Shown here one piece after another: positions 21,253 through 29,931 of a stretch of 64,000 nt of DNA. Origin of the DNA: a bacterium (GTDB lineage: Bacteria; UBA8248); contig CBDBZU010000004.1 in assembly GCA_965213625.1 (NCBI GenBank), positions 768,001 through 832,000 on the forward strand, read 5' to 3'. Each line of letters opens with the position of its first letter. Within the stretch, counting starts at the first letter, position 1. Below the pieces are notes generated by a model, which was not told where the DNA came from, made no database searches, and saw nothing but the letters and a program-made list of their open reading frames with translations. The position numbers and the translations under genes are program-made.

Positions 21253-22302
21253 TCATTTCTTCGCTCCAAATGCGCCCTTCACTTGCTTGCCGGAAGAGCT
21301 GAAGGTGAACGTCGCGCCAATAGCCTGATGCGAATCTCCGTAAAATGAACCGCTCATCGTCCCATAATCCGCATTTCGAGTGTGACCCAGGTTCCTGAGG
21401 GACGCGGGAAGACTAATGCAAGGAGACTGGCCGCAGGTCGTGTTGCCCGGATCGCCTGCGTCCGGCTTGACGTCTGAAAAGCTGAACGTGCCATCGGAAT
21501 TAACAATGCCATACCCGGCGTAGCGATGGTTCGGGTCGGTCACGACTTTTTTATACTTCACTTCGCCGTTTTCCAGTACGGCGAATGCCCCTGCTTCGTT
21601 TTCTGTTGCAGTCTCCAGTATGCCGTAACCCGGCATCACCCAACCGACGTTACTGATGCCTTCCGCTTTTCCATCATGCGTCCGGTGCTGCATGCTCCAG
21701 AATCGAATCCTCAGCTGATCGACAGAGCTCCGCGTCCAGAATTTCGCGGGTGAAAACACAGCGCTCACGTTGCCCGTAACCGCCGCGCCTATGTTTCGGC
21801 TATCACTGTCGTTCACCAAGGTTCCCGACAGCTTCCCGCTATAGAAATAATTTGCGATCTCGGTCGCTACGCTTCCGGTTCTCGAACCGCTCACGCTCCA
21901 CGTCGTACTCGCGCCCGATCCGCTTGAACCAATGCTGACGTATCCACCGGAATAATGGCTCCAAGAGCCGTGAGACTGATAATTCGTGTTGCCCGCCTGT
22001 TGCTGTTCTACCTGCGGCTGTAAGTTTTGCGGTTCCGTGTCCTGTTCTGAAAGTTGCGGTATCGCGTTTACAACCGAAACAGAATCATATGATTTGAATA
22101 GCGCCTCCGCATGGCTTGGCGTATCATCGGAAGATGTCGGCGAGGTCAGCGGCAACACGGCCGGCGGGGGGCTTGTCACCAGGCTCCCTCCACCCCCGCC
22201 GCATCCGCTCATCATGAATATCGTGAGATTCAGCGCCGTCCACAACAGGGTCGTTAGAAGTGCTTTTGTTCCTGCTTTTGCAACTTCGCCGCTATTGTAC
22301 AT
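21253..22302 (-). CDS. Lipoprotein with C-terminal TbpB/HphA-like beta-barrel
   Basis: Lipobox MSGC followed by Gly/Ser/Pro linker; C-terminus MSGSFYGDSHQAIGATFTF...VKGAFGAKK. Confidence 0.65.
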   Translation of the reverse strand: MYNSGEVAKAGTKALLTTLLWTALNLTIFMMSGCGGGGGSLVTSPPPAVLPLTSPTSSDDTPSHAEALFKSYDSVSVVNAIPQLSEQDTEPQNLQPQVEQQQAGNTNYQSHGSWSHYSGGYVSIGSSGSGASTTWSVSGSRTGSVATEIANYFYSGKLSGTLVNDSDSRNIGAAVTGNVSAVFSPAKFWTRSSVDQLRIRFWSMQHRTHDGKAEGISNVGWVMPGYGILETATENEAGAFAVLENGEVKYKKVVTDPNHRYAGYGIVNSDGTFSFSDVKPDAGDPGNTTCGQSPCISLPASLRNLGHTRNADYGTMSGSFYGDSHQAIGATFTFSSSGKQVKGAFGAKK

Positions 22303-22922
22303 TTTGATTCCCCTTTGCCGTTACGTGGGCGCTCCATCGAGGTTTGCGTTTTTCGCGCCCCCGAGGTATGCGCCCGCAAGGTATGAGCCAATGAGGAATG
22401 CGCATTTTGCCTGTTCGATACCTGTACGCCGCAAATCATAACCAGACAGTGAGTACCTGAATGTATTCTGCGATTCCTCTCTCCCCGGTCGGAAACCGCA
22501 ATCCACAACGCTTTCCGATCTGTCGTATCGTTGTTGCCCCCGCTTAATCGGCGCGTCGAGAAGTTGAATTTCCTCATCCGGAAAGCAGGGCGGTTCGCGA
22601 ACCGCCCCTCTCGACGGGAAAAGCTGCAAACACCCGCTCTTCGGGCCTGTTGAAAAAGCCCCCCTGACAAGGGGGGTCGGGGGGTTGCTTAGCCAACCGA
22701 GAGGGGCGACCTCACTACCCCCTAAAAAGAAAACACTTCCAACAACCCACCTTGTTTCAAGCCTGTTGCCGCGTACCCCGAAAGCGGCTACCATTCAGGA
22801 GTCGAAACGCGCAACCTGGAAGATGATGACGCTGTAATGGGGATGGTTTCCCGTCACAGGGGAGCGGGCGCGGCTCACGCCTGCAACCGCTCTTCAGGGG
22901 CGCATCGCAAAAAGGAGAAGGA

Positions 22923-23022
22923 GGGGGTTACTCATTTTTCCCACTCCCGGCCTGAGGACCCAACTCCTACCGGGATTGGTACTGACTACTCCACGAGGTC
23001 AAGCAGCAAATGAGTAACCCCC
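22923..23022. repeat. Structured ~100 nt unit, copy 1
   Basis: Terminal IR GGGGGTTACTCATTT/AAATGAGTAACCCCC, internal hairpin, conserved ACTCCACGAGGTYAAGCWGC. Confidence 0.85.
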
Positions 23023-23114
23023 AATTCTTCATTCTCATCATTCCGGCCGCAGGTTCGCGATGCGCGCTAGAAACGCATTCCCGCTATTCATCTTCGATAT
23101 GCCGATAAAATAAA

Positions 23115-23211
23115 GGGGGTTACTCATTTGCCTTCCATTCCCTGTCGGTGGGTACAACCGACAGGAAGCGGGTGCGACTCCACGAGGTTAAGCTGCGAAT
23201 GAGTAACCCCC
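23115..23211. repeat. Structured ~100 nt unit, copy 2
   Basis: Same terminal IR and conserved motif as 22923-23022 but a different internal hairpin sequence. Confidence 0.85.
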
Positions 23212-23515
23212 ATTTTTCCTCTTTATCTACGTCCGCGCGTTCCGGATACGCCCTTGAAACCCACCCCCTCGGCGCCGCTTCCGCCGTAAAAGCCCGGTAG
23301 CGTCATCGCCCGCAACGTGCGGCATGCGGGAATATCGAGCCTCTCGTTTGAACCCCCGTGAAACGGCATGCGCCACGCTTCCTTTCTCCGCTCCGGTACC
23401 GAAGATTCTCGCGCCTGGATTCATGGCGATGCGCTTCGGGTCGATTCGGCGGCGTCATTGCTTCTTTGTTGAGATTCGCTTCTTCCCCAATTGGCGGAAC
23501 GGTTGCCGTTCCAAT

Positions 23516-23544
23516 TTGACCAATCGTTCATTTTCTTTTATATT
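23516..23544 (+). promoter_or_regulatory. Putative sigma70 promoter overlapping an imperfect palindrome
   Basis: TTGACC-17 nt-TATATT; TGACCAATCGTTCA palindrome overlaps the -35 box. Confidence 0.45.
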
Positions 23545-23623
23545 GCACCTATCGCATCAGTTTGCCGCTCAAAATGCCGCTTTTTCATGCTTAGGTTGAT
23601 TCAATCATCATGAAGCCGCATGA

Positions 23624-23812
23624 CCCATACAATCCTCCCAATTCCACACGCGGATTGATTCACTCAGGTCCACGGACGAAGTCCGGGCTGGTTGGCATAC
23701 AATCCACGATTTGGAAGAAAAGTGGGTTCCCGCCTATTTCAACTCTCGGGAAGAGTCGTCTTGTATTCAGCGGGCAGCCCGTGAAATCGACCACACATGG
23801 ATTGTATGCCGG
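23624..23812. ncRNA. Candidate structured non-coding RNA, class and strand unknown
   Basis: Perfect 13 bp IR 23694-23706/23798-23810 closing nested helices; no convincing CDS; promoter-like motifs on both sides. Confidence 0.35.
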
Positions 23813-24033
23813 GTAAAATAGTGGGGGATTGAACCTGACTTGTCAAGAGGAAAAATGAAATTCTTGAACAGACATTACAATTTCTTTAAGAAACCCCCGT
23901 ATCGTCCGGGAACAAGAGAATCCGAAACCCCCTTCTCCCCCGATTGGCGGTAATCCCGCACCCCGCACACGACTCAAATACACCTGGTGGCGAATCCCGG
24001 CGCGCGGCGCGGGCTTTTTGAACCCTGCTCCGG

Positions 24034-24471
24034 TTACTTCTGCGCCCAGTCGGGAATCTCCTCGCCCTCGGGGACGTACTGCACCAGCTCAATCGCGAGG
24101 CCGCCCGTGGTGGCCGCGTTCGTGAAGGTGATGACCCCGCCGCGCGAGCCGTAGGTGGGCGCGAGGACGAACTCGACGCCCTTCTCCTCCCATTCGGCCA
24201 TCGTGGCCCTCAAGTCGTCAACGACGAAGCATATATGGTGCAGCCCCTCGCCGCGCGCGGCGATGAACCGGTTGAGCGGCGCGTCGGGGTCGCTCATCTC
24301 CACGAGCTCCATCACGGCGCCTTCGGCCTCATAGAAATCGAGCCGGGCGGTGTTGCCGGGCCGCTCATACACCTTTCTTTCGAGAAACTTAAAGCCCAGC
24401 AAATCCGCCATCACGTTCTTCTTTTCATCCAGATTGCTCACGGCGTAGCCCAGGTGATCCACTTTCGGCAT
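24034..24471 (-). CDS. VOC family protein (methylmalonyl-CoA epimerase-like)
   Basis: VDHLGYAV, RGEGLHHICFVVDD, GLAIELVQ. Confidence 0.85.
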   Translation of the reverse strand: MPKVDHLGYAVSNLDEKKNVMADLLGFKFLERKVYERPGNTARLDFYEAEGAVMELVEMSDPDAPLNRFIAARGEGLHHICFVVDDLRATMAEWEEKGVEFVLAPTYGSRGGVITFTNAATTGGLAIELVQYVPEGEEIPDWAQK

Positions 24472-24770
24472 TTTTCAAAACCCCTCTCAGAATCGAGAAA
24501 ACAAAAGACGATAGATGCGACAGACCGCCCGCAGGCTACCGCGTCCCCGCGCCCGCGCGCAAATTCCGGCAGGCCAGGCGAACGCTTTTCGCTCACGGGC
24601 AACAGGCGCCCGCACGAAAATACGCTCATAAAGAAAAAACGGCTCGCTCCAGGCGCCCGTCCGGCGGAGCAGCCACCCCATCGGGGCAGCACACATCGGG
24701 GTGGCCTCACGAAGGAGCGGTATGTATACTCAGCCTCTTTTCCGAAACGAAGAGGATTCTCGACTAACGC

Positions 24771-25655
24771 ATGTCCACCATAATGCCGCTTTTGAACATC
24801 GTCTTCCCGGTCATGGCGGTGATCGGCATCGGCTACTTCTACGGCAGATGGAAAAAGTTCGACCCCAGGGTGCTGGCCGAACTCGTACTGTTCCTGCTCG
24901 CCCCCGCCGTGATGTTCGACGCCCTCGCGCGCCAGAACATCGTGTCGGACGAACTGATCAAGGCGGGCGTCTTCTCCACGCTCATCCAGGTCATCCCGGG
25001 CGGGGTCGCCTGGGTCATCAAGCGCGCGACGGGCATGACGCAGCGCTCCTTCGTGCCCAGCGTGATGCTCATGAACTCCGTCTCGCTGCCCTATCCCCTG
25101 GCGCTTCTGGCCCTCGGCGAGGCGGGCCTGGCCCAGACGGTGCTGCTCTCCATACCGAACGTGTTCATCTCCTTCACGCTGGGGATCATGGCCTACGGCG
25201 GGAGCGCCGACGTCAGGGAGCCGCTCAAGATGCCCGCCCTGTATGCGGCGACGGCGGGCATCATCATCGCGCTGGCGGCGATCCCCGTGCCCAAGTTCAT
25301 CCTGCGCTTCTCGCACCTGACCGGGCGCGGCATGTTCCCGGTGGAGCTCTTCACGCTGGGCTACCGGCTCCGCTCCATCCGGGCGTCGGATTTCAAAATC
25401 AGCCTCATCGTGGCGGGACTTCGGTTCGGACTCGGCTTCGCGCTGGCCTGGGTTCTGTGCGAGGCCTTCGCGCTCACGGGCGCGTTCCGCGCGTCGCTCT
25501 TTTTGATGTCGTGCATGCCGCCCGCCGTGCTAAACTACATTTTCGCCGAGCGCTATAGCGACGAAGGCTCGCTGGCCGCATCCATCGTGTTCACGGGCAC
25601 GGCGCTGAGCCTCGTCACCACGCCCCTGCTCCTGCTCTACCTGGGCGTTTCATAA
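24771..25655 (+). CDS. AEC (malate permease/auxin efflux carrier) family transporter
   Basis: Multi-TM; PVMAVIGIGY, MPPAVLNYIFAERY, T.LSLVTTP. Confidence 0.85.
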   Translation: MSTIMPLLNIVFPVMAVIGIGYFYGRWKKFDPRVLAELVLFLLAPAVMFDALARQNIVSDELIKAGVFSTLIQVIPGGVAWVIKRATGMTQRSFVPSVMLMNSVSLPYPLALLALGEAGLAQTVLLSIPNVFISFTLGIMAYGGSADVREPLKMPALYAATAGIIIALAAIPVPKFILRFSHLTGRGMFPVELFTLGYRLRSIRASDFKISLIVAGLRFGLGFALAWVLCEAFALTGAFRASLFLMSCMPPAVLNYIFAERYSDEGSLAASIVFTGTALSLVTTPLLLLYLGVS

Positions 25656-25747
25656 GGGCAGGGATTGTCGACGAACCGCAGCAACGGGAGTTGACCAATT
25701 TCTGATTCCATGATTTCGCGAATGAAACCTACCGGGGAGGGAGGTCC

Positions 25748-25773
25748 GTAGGGACAGGCCTCCGTGCCTGTCC
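25748..25773. repeat. GTAG-type REP (GTAGGGACAGGCCTCCGTGCCTGTCC)
   Basis: Related copies at 34952-34977 and 63141-63167. Confidence 0.75.
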
Positions 25774-25861
25774 GAGGTCGCGACCTTGGACCGTTCTTGT
25801 GAATGGCCCACTACAAGATTTCGCTGCTCCTCAATCATCAATCGCGTCAATCACTCCTTCA

Positions 25862-26575
25862 TCAATCGTGCTCGACCCCGCGGCCGGCCTTGTCCTTCAG
25901 CCAGAGCCTTAAAGGCTCCTGAAAGTAGACCGCCGCCGCCCCGCAAATCACCATGACCACCAGCAGGGCGACCACCATCCCGTATTGCTCCTTGTACATC
26001 CCGGCCCCCTGGATGCCCAGCATGATGGTGCCGGGGATTCTCCCCAGAAACGCGATGAGCACGAACGTCAGGGTCTTGAGGGGGCTCAGGCCCAGCAGGT
26101 AGCACATGTAGTCCTTGGGAAAGCCGGGAATCGAGAACAGGATGAACGCGATAAATGCGCCCCTGTTCGAGATGAGAAAATCGAATTTATCGAGAATCAC
26201 GGGCGGTATGAGTTTTTCCACGAATGGACGCCCCAGCCTCCGCCCGATGTAGAACGCGAGGAAGCTGCCTATCGTCAGGCCGACGGTGCTCAGGATCGTC
26301 GCTGTGAGCGCGCCGTACACGAACCCGCCGAGAAAGCCCGTCAGTTCGCCGGGTATGGGGGAGAAGACCACCTGGAGCACCTGCACGCCGATGAACACGA
26401 CCGGCCCCCAGTGGCCGAAGGAGTGAATCCAGTCCCTGAACCTCTCTTTCTTGTCCTGGAGCTTTATGAGGTACGCCCAGGCGTCGTCTATCTGCCCCCA
26501 CAAGAGGTAGGCGAGCACCACCGCCGCCAGCAGGCAGAGCCCCGCCATCCACAGAATTTTCGTCTTGCCGTTCAA
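25862..26575 (-). CDS. TVP38/TMEM64 (DedA superfamily) membrane protein
   Basis: LQVVFSPIPGE, IGRRLGRPFV, PGFPKDYMCYLLGLS. Confidence 0.9.
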   Translation of the reverse strand: MNGKTKILWMAGLCLLAAVVLAYLLWGQIDDAWAYLIKLQDKKERFRDWIHSFGHWGPVVFIGVQVLQVVFSPIPGELTGFLGGFVYGALTATILSTVGLTIGSFLAFYIGRRLGRPFVEKLIPPVILDKFDFLISNRGAFIAFILFSIPGFPKDYMCYLLGLSPLKTLTFVLIAFLGRIPGTIMLGIQGAGMYKEQYGMVVALLVVMVICGAAAVYFQEPLRLWLKDKAGRGVEHD

Positions 26576-26753
26576 CTTGGGTTTTCCTCGTGCGGGCTAT
26601 GAAGTGCTTGGCGCCAAAACAAATCATTACATACCACCAAATCCCTTGCATGGGTAACTGAAAAATCATATCCGCGCAATTGTTGACAAGAGAACCGCTC
26701 GCGCCCCAAGATCGTTGGTTCACGAGACTTATCCTGTTTCGCCTGGAGAAGAG

Positions 26754-27995
26754 ATGGTCGACGCCCGCCCGAACGCGCACCCCGATAACTTAAACGCAAA
26801 CGCCGCGCAATCAGGCGAGAGTTGTTTGAGCGCGGGCGAGCTCACGAGCAAGGTCAAGGAATGCGCCTTCGCGCACGGCTTCGACCTGGCCGCCGTAGCG
26901 CCACCCGGCCTGGGCGAGGCGCACGGGCGATACGTCGAGTGGATAGAACGCGGCTACGCGGGCGAGATGAGCTATCTCTCGAGAAACCCCTACGTGCGCG
27001 GCGATTTGCGCCGCCTCTGGCCGGAGACGCGCGCCGCCCTCGTGGTCGCCATGCAGTACAAGCCCGAGCGCGAGACGCCCTACGCAAAGGGCCAAGGCAA
27101 AATCGCGCGCTACGCCCACGGCGGGGATTACCACAAGTTCATGAAGAAACGTCTCATCCGCGTTCTGCGCGACCTGAAAGAATTCGACCCCGGCGTCGAG
27201 GGAAGAAGCTACGTGGATACGGGCCCCCTGCTCGAGCGCGACCTGGCCGTCCTGGCGGGCCTCGGCTGGAAAGGAAAGAACTCGCTCCTCCTCTCGCGCA
27301 AGCTTGGGAGCTATTTCTTTTTGGGCTGTCTTCTCCTGAACCGCCCACTTGAGGCGGACGCGCCCTTTTACGAGGAGCACTGCGGCACGTGCACGCGGTG
27401 CATCGACGATTGCCCGACCGACGCCATCATCGCGCCCGGCGTGGTGGACGCGCGGCGCTGCATCTCATACCTCACCATCGAGCTCAGAGGCCCGATGCCC
27501 AGGGAACTCCGCGCTCCGGTGGGCGCGCATATCTTCGGCTGCGACATCTGCCAGGAGGTCTGCCCCTGGAACGACGACGTCCCCCATGCGCGCGAGCCGA
27601 GGTTCGACCCCCGCCCGGCGGCGCTGGCTCCCGACCTGCACGCGTTCGCCGCGATGGACGAGCAGCAGTTCCAAAAGGCGTTTCGCGGCACGCCCGTCAT
27701 GCGCGCGCGCTACGGCGGGTTTCTCCGAAACGTCATCGTCGCCATCGGCAACACGGGGGGTGCGGAGAGCTTGGCAATCCTCACCCGCGCGCTGGAGCAC
27801 CGCGAACCCCTCGCCCGAGGCCACGCCGCATGGGCGCTCGCCCGGGTCGGTAAGCGAATCCGCGATGAGCGCGCGCGCCTCGCTCTGGAGGCCAGGCTCG
27901 AAGTCGAAAGAGACGCCTGGGTGCGCGAGGAGATAGAACTCGCCCTCGGCGAATTCTCCCTGATGTCGCTGCCTGTGGTTGGTCGGGGGGAGTGA
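26754..27995 (+). CDS. queG: Epoxyqueuosine reductase
   Basis: YVDTGPLLERDLA, CGTCTRCIDDCP, CISYLTIE, GCDICQEVCPWN; start codon uncertain. Confidence 0.93.
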   Translation: MVDARPNAHPDNLNANAAQSGESCLSAGELTSKVKECAFAHGFDLAAVAPPGLGEAHGRYVEWIERGYAGEMSYLSRNPYVRGDLRRLWPETRAALVVAMQYKPERETPYAKGQGKIARYAHGGDYHKFMKKRLIRVLRDLKEFDPGVEGRSYVDTGPLLERDLAVLAGLGWKGKNSLLLSRKLGSYFFLGCLLLNRPLEADAPFYEEHCGTCTRCIDDCPTDAIIAPGVVDARRCISYLTIELRGPMPRELRAPVGAHIFGCDICQEVCPWNDDVPHAREPRFDPRPAALAPDLHAFAAMDEQQFQKAFRGTPVMRARYGGFLRNVIVAIGNTGGAESLAILTRALEHREPLARGHAAWALARVGKRIRDERARLALEARLEVERDAWVREEIELALGEFSLMSLPVVGRGE

Positions 27996-28211
27996 GAGGC
28001 CGCGCGAGAACATTTTCTAATCATTCCGAAACGAAAAAGACGGTTGCGCTCTTGCATTTTCCACGCCAAATTTTGACTCGTCTGATTAGATAAGATTATA
28101 CTTGCGAAACAAACGCCGGGTTTTGGAGGAAATGTGATGTTTTCATATGCGCAAACAGAGATGGTTTGCGACAATGCCACAACTCTTCCACCTTCCAGGC
28201 GATCCGAATAA

Positions 28212-29367
28212 ATGCCGAATCGCGTTGCGATCAAACCGGAACTTCTCAAGTGGGCGCGTGTACGCGCTGGCATCGAAGTCGACCAACTCGCCCGGAACCG
28301 GAAATTTTCGAGATACCGCGAGTGGGAAAGTGGCGAAGTGCATCCGACACTGAAGCAACTCGAAGATTTCGCAAAAAAAAACCCATGCGCCCATAGGATA
28401 TTTTTTTCTCCCTGAACCACCCGAAGAATCGATCCCGATCTATGATTTCCGAACCATCGGTAGTTCGCCCCTAAGAGGTGAGGCAAGTCCCGATTTGCTC
28501 GACACTCTCGATCTTTGCCAAGAACGGCAGGAATGGTATCGAGACCATCTGCTGGCGGAAGGTGGGAGTCGGCTATCATTCGTCGGTTCCGCAACCTTGG
28601 ATGATGACATCGAAGCAGTCGCAGAGCGTATACGAAGCGCGCTCAAGTTCGACATAGAGGAACGCGCCGCGCTCGGAAACTGGACTGGCGCCTTGCGTCG
28701 TTTTATCGCTCAGGCCAATGAGGTTGGGGTGCTGGTGATGATGAACGGCGTCGTCGGCAACAATCCGCATCGCAAGCTCAATCCCGATGAGTTCCGGGGC
28801 TTCACGCTGGTGGATGATATCGCCCCACTCGTTTTCATCAACGGGGCGGACACGAAAGCTGCGCAGATGTTTACTCTGGCGCATGAACTGGCACACGTTT
28901 GGTTGGGCCAAACCGCGCTTTCCGACAGCCGCCCGAATTCGATGCCATCGAACAGAACCGAATTCTGGTGCAATAAAGTAGCGGCTGAACTCCTGGTTCC
29001 GCTCGCTGTCCTGCGTGAAGAATACCGCAGAGGAGGGGAGTTGTCCGGAGAGCTTGCTCGCTTGGCGCGTCGGTTCAAAGTGAGCAAATTGGTCGTCCTG
29101 CGCCGAATATACGACGCCAGGAGACTGAACCGGAAGCAATTCCAGGAAGCCTACAGAGCCGAATTAATGAAGTTGCAAAATTTTTCCACGAGCGGTGGTG
29201 GTAATTTCTATGCAACGGAAATAACCCGTGTCGGCGAACGCTTCGCACGCGCCGTAATCGCCAGCACGCTGGAAGGCGGAACGCTGTACCGTGACGCCTT
29301 TCATCTGCTGGGTTTCTCAAGACTGGATACTTTCAGGAATCTTGCAGACAGGCTGAACCTGAACTAA
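28212..29367 (+). pseudogene. XRE-HTH + ImmA/IrrE metallopeptidase, frameshifted in an A9 run at 28373-28381
   Basis: HTH N-terminus (LLKWAR...WESGEVHPTLKQLEDFAKK) continues one frame over as THAPIGYFFLPEPP...DFRT...FTLAHELAH (HExxH). Confidence 0.85.
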
Positions 29368-29855
29368 TGGTGTATCTGCTCGACGCCAATGTGTTCATAG
29401 AGGCGAAAAACAGGCATTACCCGCTCGATTTTTTTCCTGCATTCTGGGATTGGCTGATCCTGGCGAACGCCGAGAAAAAAGTATTCAGCAACTAAAAGAT
29501 TAAAGACGAACTACACGCCATCCAGGACGAACTATCCGAATGGACCGGTAAGCGTGGCGATGAATTTTTCCTCAAACTTCCCGATATGTCCTCCGCGCTC
29601 GCAGGGGTAGCCGAGTGGGTAACCAATCAAGATTACGAGCAATCCGCTGTCAGGAGATTTTTTCAAGATGCGGATTATTTCCTGGTTGCGCACGCTCTTT
29701 TCGGCGGCTACGAGATCGTAACGCACGAAATCAAATCTGGTTCGCAAAAGAAGATCAAGATTCCCGATGTATGCGAGGGTTTGGATATCGGCTATTTAAC
29801 GCCGTTTGAAATGTTGCGTCGAGAAAACGCACGGTTCGTTCTCGATAGAATTTAA
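29367..29855 (+). pseudogene. DUF4411-like PIN-domain protein with in-frame TAA at 29493-29495
   Basis: ATG overlaps upstream stop; MVYLLDANVFIEAKNRHY...FWDWL...N*KIKDEL...ADYFLVAHA...IVTHE...KIKIPDVC. Confidence 0.85.
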
Positions 29856-29931
29856 CCCTACCTGAATCGAGCACCCCCATTTCCCAAAAATAATAACTTG
29901 CAGAATAAAAACCTGCTTTGAGTCAGTTCCA

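Noticed and set aside
20572-21302. Several 95-148 aa ORFs
   Set aside because: They translate REP/MITE palindromes (PLEGG, PPCQGG-type peptides)
22923-23211. Possible CRISPR mini-array, integron attC sites or retron msr-msd
   Set aside because: Repeats are inverted within ~100 nt units rather than short direct repeats with spacers; they lack the RYYYAAC...GTTRRRY layout of attC; no cas, integrase or reverse transcriptase gene lies in the window
23694-23810. Assignment of the hairpin as SRP or 6S RNA
   Set aside because: The SRP GGAA-loop/AGCAG motif is absent; only vague 6S-like fragments are present and the length is short, so it is left unclassified
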